Assembly (NCBI GenBank): GCA_963822965.1
Contig: CAWGJT010000014.1
Location: 1-64,000 of the forward strand
Direction of reading: 5' to 3'
Length of the DNA stretch: 64,000 bases
Source of the DNA: an uncultured delta proteobacterium
Lineage (GTDB): Bacteria > Myxococcota_A > UBA9160 > UBA4427
In this document: one piece after another, positions 62,390 through 64,000 of the stretch
How the letters are laid out: every line of letters starts with the position of its first letter
Position numbering within the stretch: the first letter of the stretch is position 1
Notes under the pieces: model-generated
Database searches by the model: none
What the model saw: the letters and a program-made list of their open reading frames with translations, nothing else
What the model was told of the DNA's origin: nothing
Made by a program: the position numbers and the translations under genes

Positions 62390-63822
62390 TGCGTCGATTG
62401 CTTGCCCCGGCGGCACTGCTCGTCGCGCTTTCGGCTCCGGCGGCTCTTGCGGAGGAGCCCCCGCTGGCGCTCGGCGACGTGCTGGTGGCCGTCGACCGGC
62501 ACTATCCGCTGCTCGAGGCCGCCGAGGCCGAGCGCGAAGCGGCGATCGGGGACCTGATGGCCGCCGAGGGACGCTTCGACACCCGCCTCGTCGCTCTCGG
62601 AGACCTCCGGCCTGCGGGCTACTACGAGAGCTACGCGGGCGAGGCGCGGGTCGAGCAGCCCACCCGGCTCTGGGGGGCGCGGCTCTACGGTGGCTACCGG
62701 ATCGGCCGGGGCGACTTCCCGTCCTACGACGGAGGGCGCCAGACGGACCGGTCGGGCGAGGCCCGGATCGGGCTCGAGGTTCCGTTGCTGCGGGGCGGCT
62801 CGATCGACGAGCCGCGCGCCGACATCGAGCAGGCCGAGCTCGACCTGGCGCGCTTCGCGCCCGAGATCGAGCTGCGTCGCATCGACTTCCGCCGGCAGGC
62901 CAGCCTGGTCTATTGGGAATGGGTTGCCGCTGGACTCGGGGTGGGTGTCGGCGAGCGACTGCTGGCGATTGCCGAGGCCCGCCAGCAGCAGCTCGAGGGG
63001 CGGGTCTCGCGCGGGCTCGTGCCTTCGATCGATCTGGCCGACAACGAGCGGCTGATCGTCGATCGTCGGATCCGGCTGCGCGGCGCCCAACGCGACGCGC
63101 AGCAGGCCGCGATCCAGCTCTCCCTCTTCCTTCGCGACGCGGCCGGGGCACCCGTCATCGTCGCCGCCGAACGGCTCCCGACGGACTTCCCGCTGGAGGC
63201 AGAGCCGAGCGGAGAGCGGCTCGCACGGGATCTCCAGCGGGCGGCGCAATCCCATCCGCTGCTCGAGACGTTCGAGCTGGCCCTCGACCGGGCGCGGGTC
63301 GACTTCCAGCTTGCGCAGAACGAGGCGTTGCCCGCGATCGACCTGCGTCTCGAGGGCTCCCAGGACTACGGCTCCCCGGTCGAGGGCCTCTCGAGCGAGG
63401 GCTCCCTGTCGCGCGATGCCCGGGGCGACACGGAGGTGAAGGCGCTGCTCCGCTTCGAGCTGCCGGTCCAGCGCCGCGAGGCGCGCGGGCGCATGCAATC
63501 GGCGCGAGCGAAGCTCTCCCGGCTCGAGATCCAGCAGCGCTTCGCCCGCGACCGCATCGGGGCGGAGATCCGCCAGGCGATGGCCGAGCTGCAGGCGGCC
63601 TACGCCCAGACCCTCGAGGCGCGGCGTAACCTGGAGCTGGCGCGGCAGCTGGAGCATGCCGAAGAGCGCATGCTGCTGCTCGGCAAGAGCAACCTGATCG
63701 ACATCAACATTCGCGAGCTGCAGGCCGCGGACGCCGACCGGTTCCTGATCGAGACCCAGGCCGCCTACTTCCGCGCGCTCGCCCAGTACACCGCGGCGGC
63801 CGCGGCCGACTCCGGCTTCTAG
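62386..63822 (+). CDS. TolC-family outer membrane efflux protein
   Basis: Signal peptide, AEGRFD, LPAIDL, LGKSNLIDINIRE. Overlaps the hlyD stop. Confidence 0.9.
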   Translation: MMRRLLAPAALLVALSAPAALAEEPPLALGDVLVAVDRHYPLLEAAEAEREAAIGDLMAAEGRFDTRLVALGDLRPAGYYESYAGEARVEQPTRLWGARLYGGYRIGRGDFPSYDGGRQTDRSGEARIGLEVPLLRGGSIDEPRADIEQAELDLARFAPEIELRRIDFRRQASLVYWEWVAAGLGVGVGERLLAIAEARQQQLEGRVSRGLVPSIDLADNERLIVDRRIRLRGAQRDAQQAAIQLSLFLRDAAGAPVIVAAERLPTDFPLEAEPSGERLARDLQRAAQSHPLLETFELALDRARVDFQLAQNEALPAIDLRLEGSQDYGSPVEGLSSEGSLSRDARGDTEVKALLRFELPVQRREARGRMQSARAKLSRLEIQQRFARDRIGAEIRQAMAELQAAYAQTLEARRNLELARQLEHAEERMLLLGKSNLIDINIRELQAADADRFLIETQAAYFRALAQYTAAAAADSGF

Positions 63823-64000
63823 TCCCAATGCATCATTCAGCGCGCTTCCCGCGTGCCGCAGCACGCTGGCCCGGCTCGCGCGATCGCGGAGGAAGGTCCC
63901 TCGAGCCGGGTGCGACGGCCCGAATCCCTCGACGCGGAGATTTCTGTATCCTGCCTGCCGACGACGACGTGACGCCCGAGATGGATCGCAAGCGAATCCT

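Overview
A very GC-rich bacterial chromosomal segment of about 50 protein-coding genes. No rRNA, tRNA, CRISPR array or transposase is recognisable. PEP-CTERM/IPTL-CTERM proteins, tandem PilT ATPases, an animal-type heme peroxidase and Cys-rich repeats suggest a Myxococcota-like environmental bacterium (inference). Many ordinary genes (pgm, uvrA, pilT, fucosidase, aldolase) carry single-base frameshifts, most likely long-read assembly errors, so their coordinates are approximate. Four loci stand out. (1) A frameshift-free, tightly coupled 12.1-kb operon (33885-46013) encodes three large Sec-exported proteins with no recognisable enzyme domain: a 1942-aa beta/long-helix/beta protein, a 1086-aa FN3-like Cys-rich protein, and a 1013-aa TSP3-like/PKD protein ending in an IPTL-CTERM-like anchor. 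It is a candidate undescribed surface apparatus. (2) A PilT-family ATPase carries an N-terminal MshEN-like (c-di-GMP) domain and sits next to a second PilT. (3) A minus-strand cassette runs PEP-CTERM protein, TPR/beta-barrel, small secreted protein, ECF sigma, ZAS anti-sigma, subtilase. (4) An ABC-HlyD-TolC exporter has a sole ATPase with degenerate catalytic motifs. Several short tandem repeats with unit lengths divisible by 3 lie right at stop codons.
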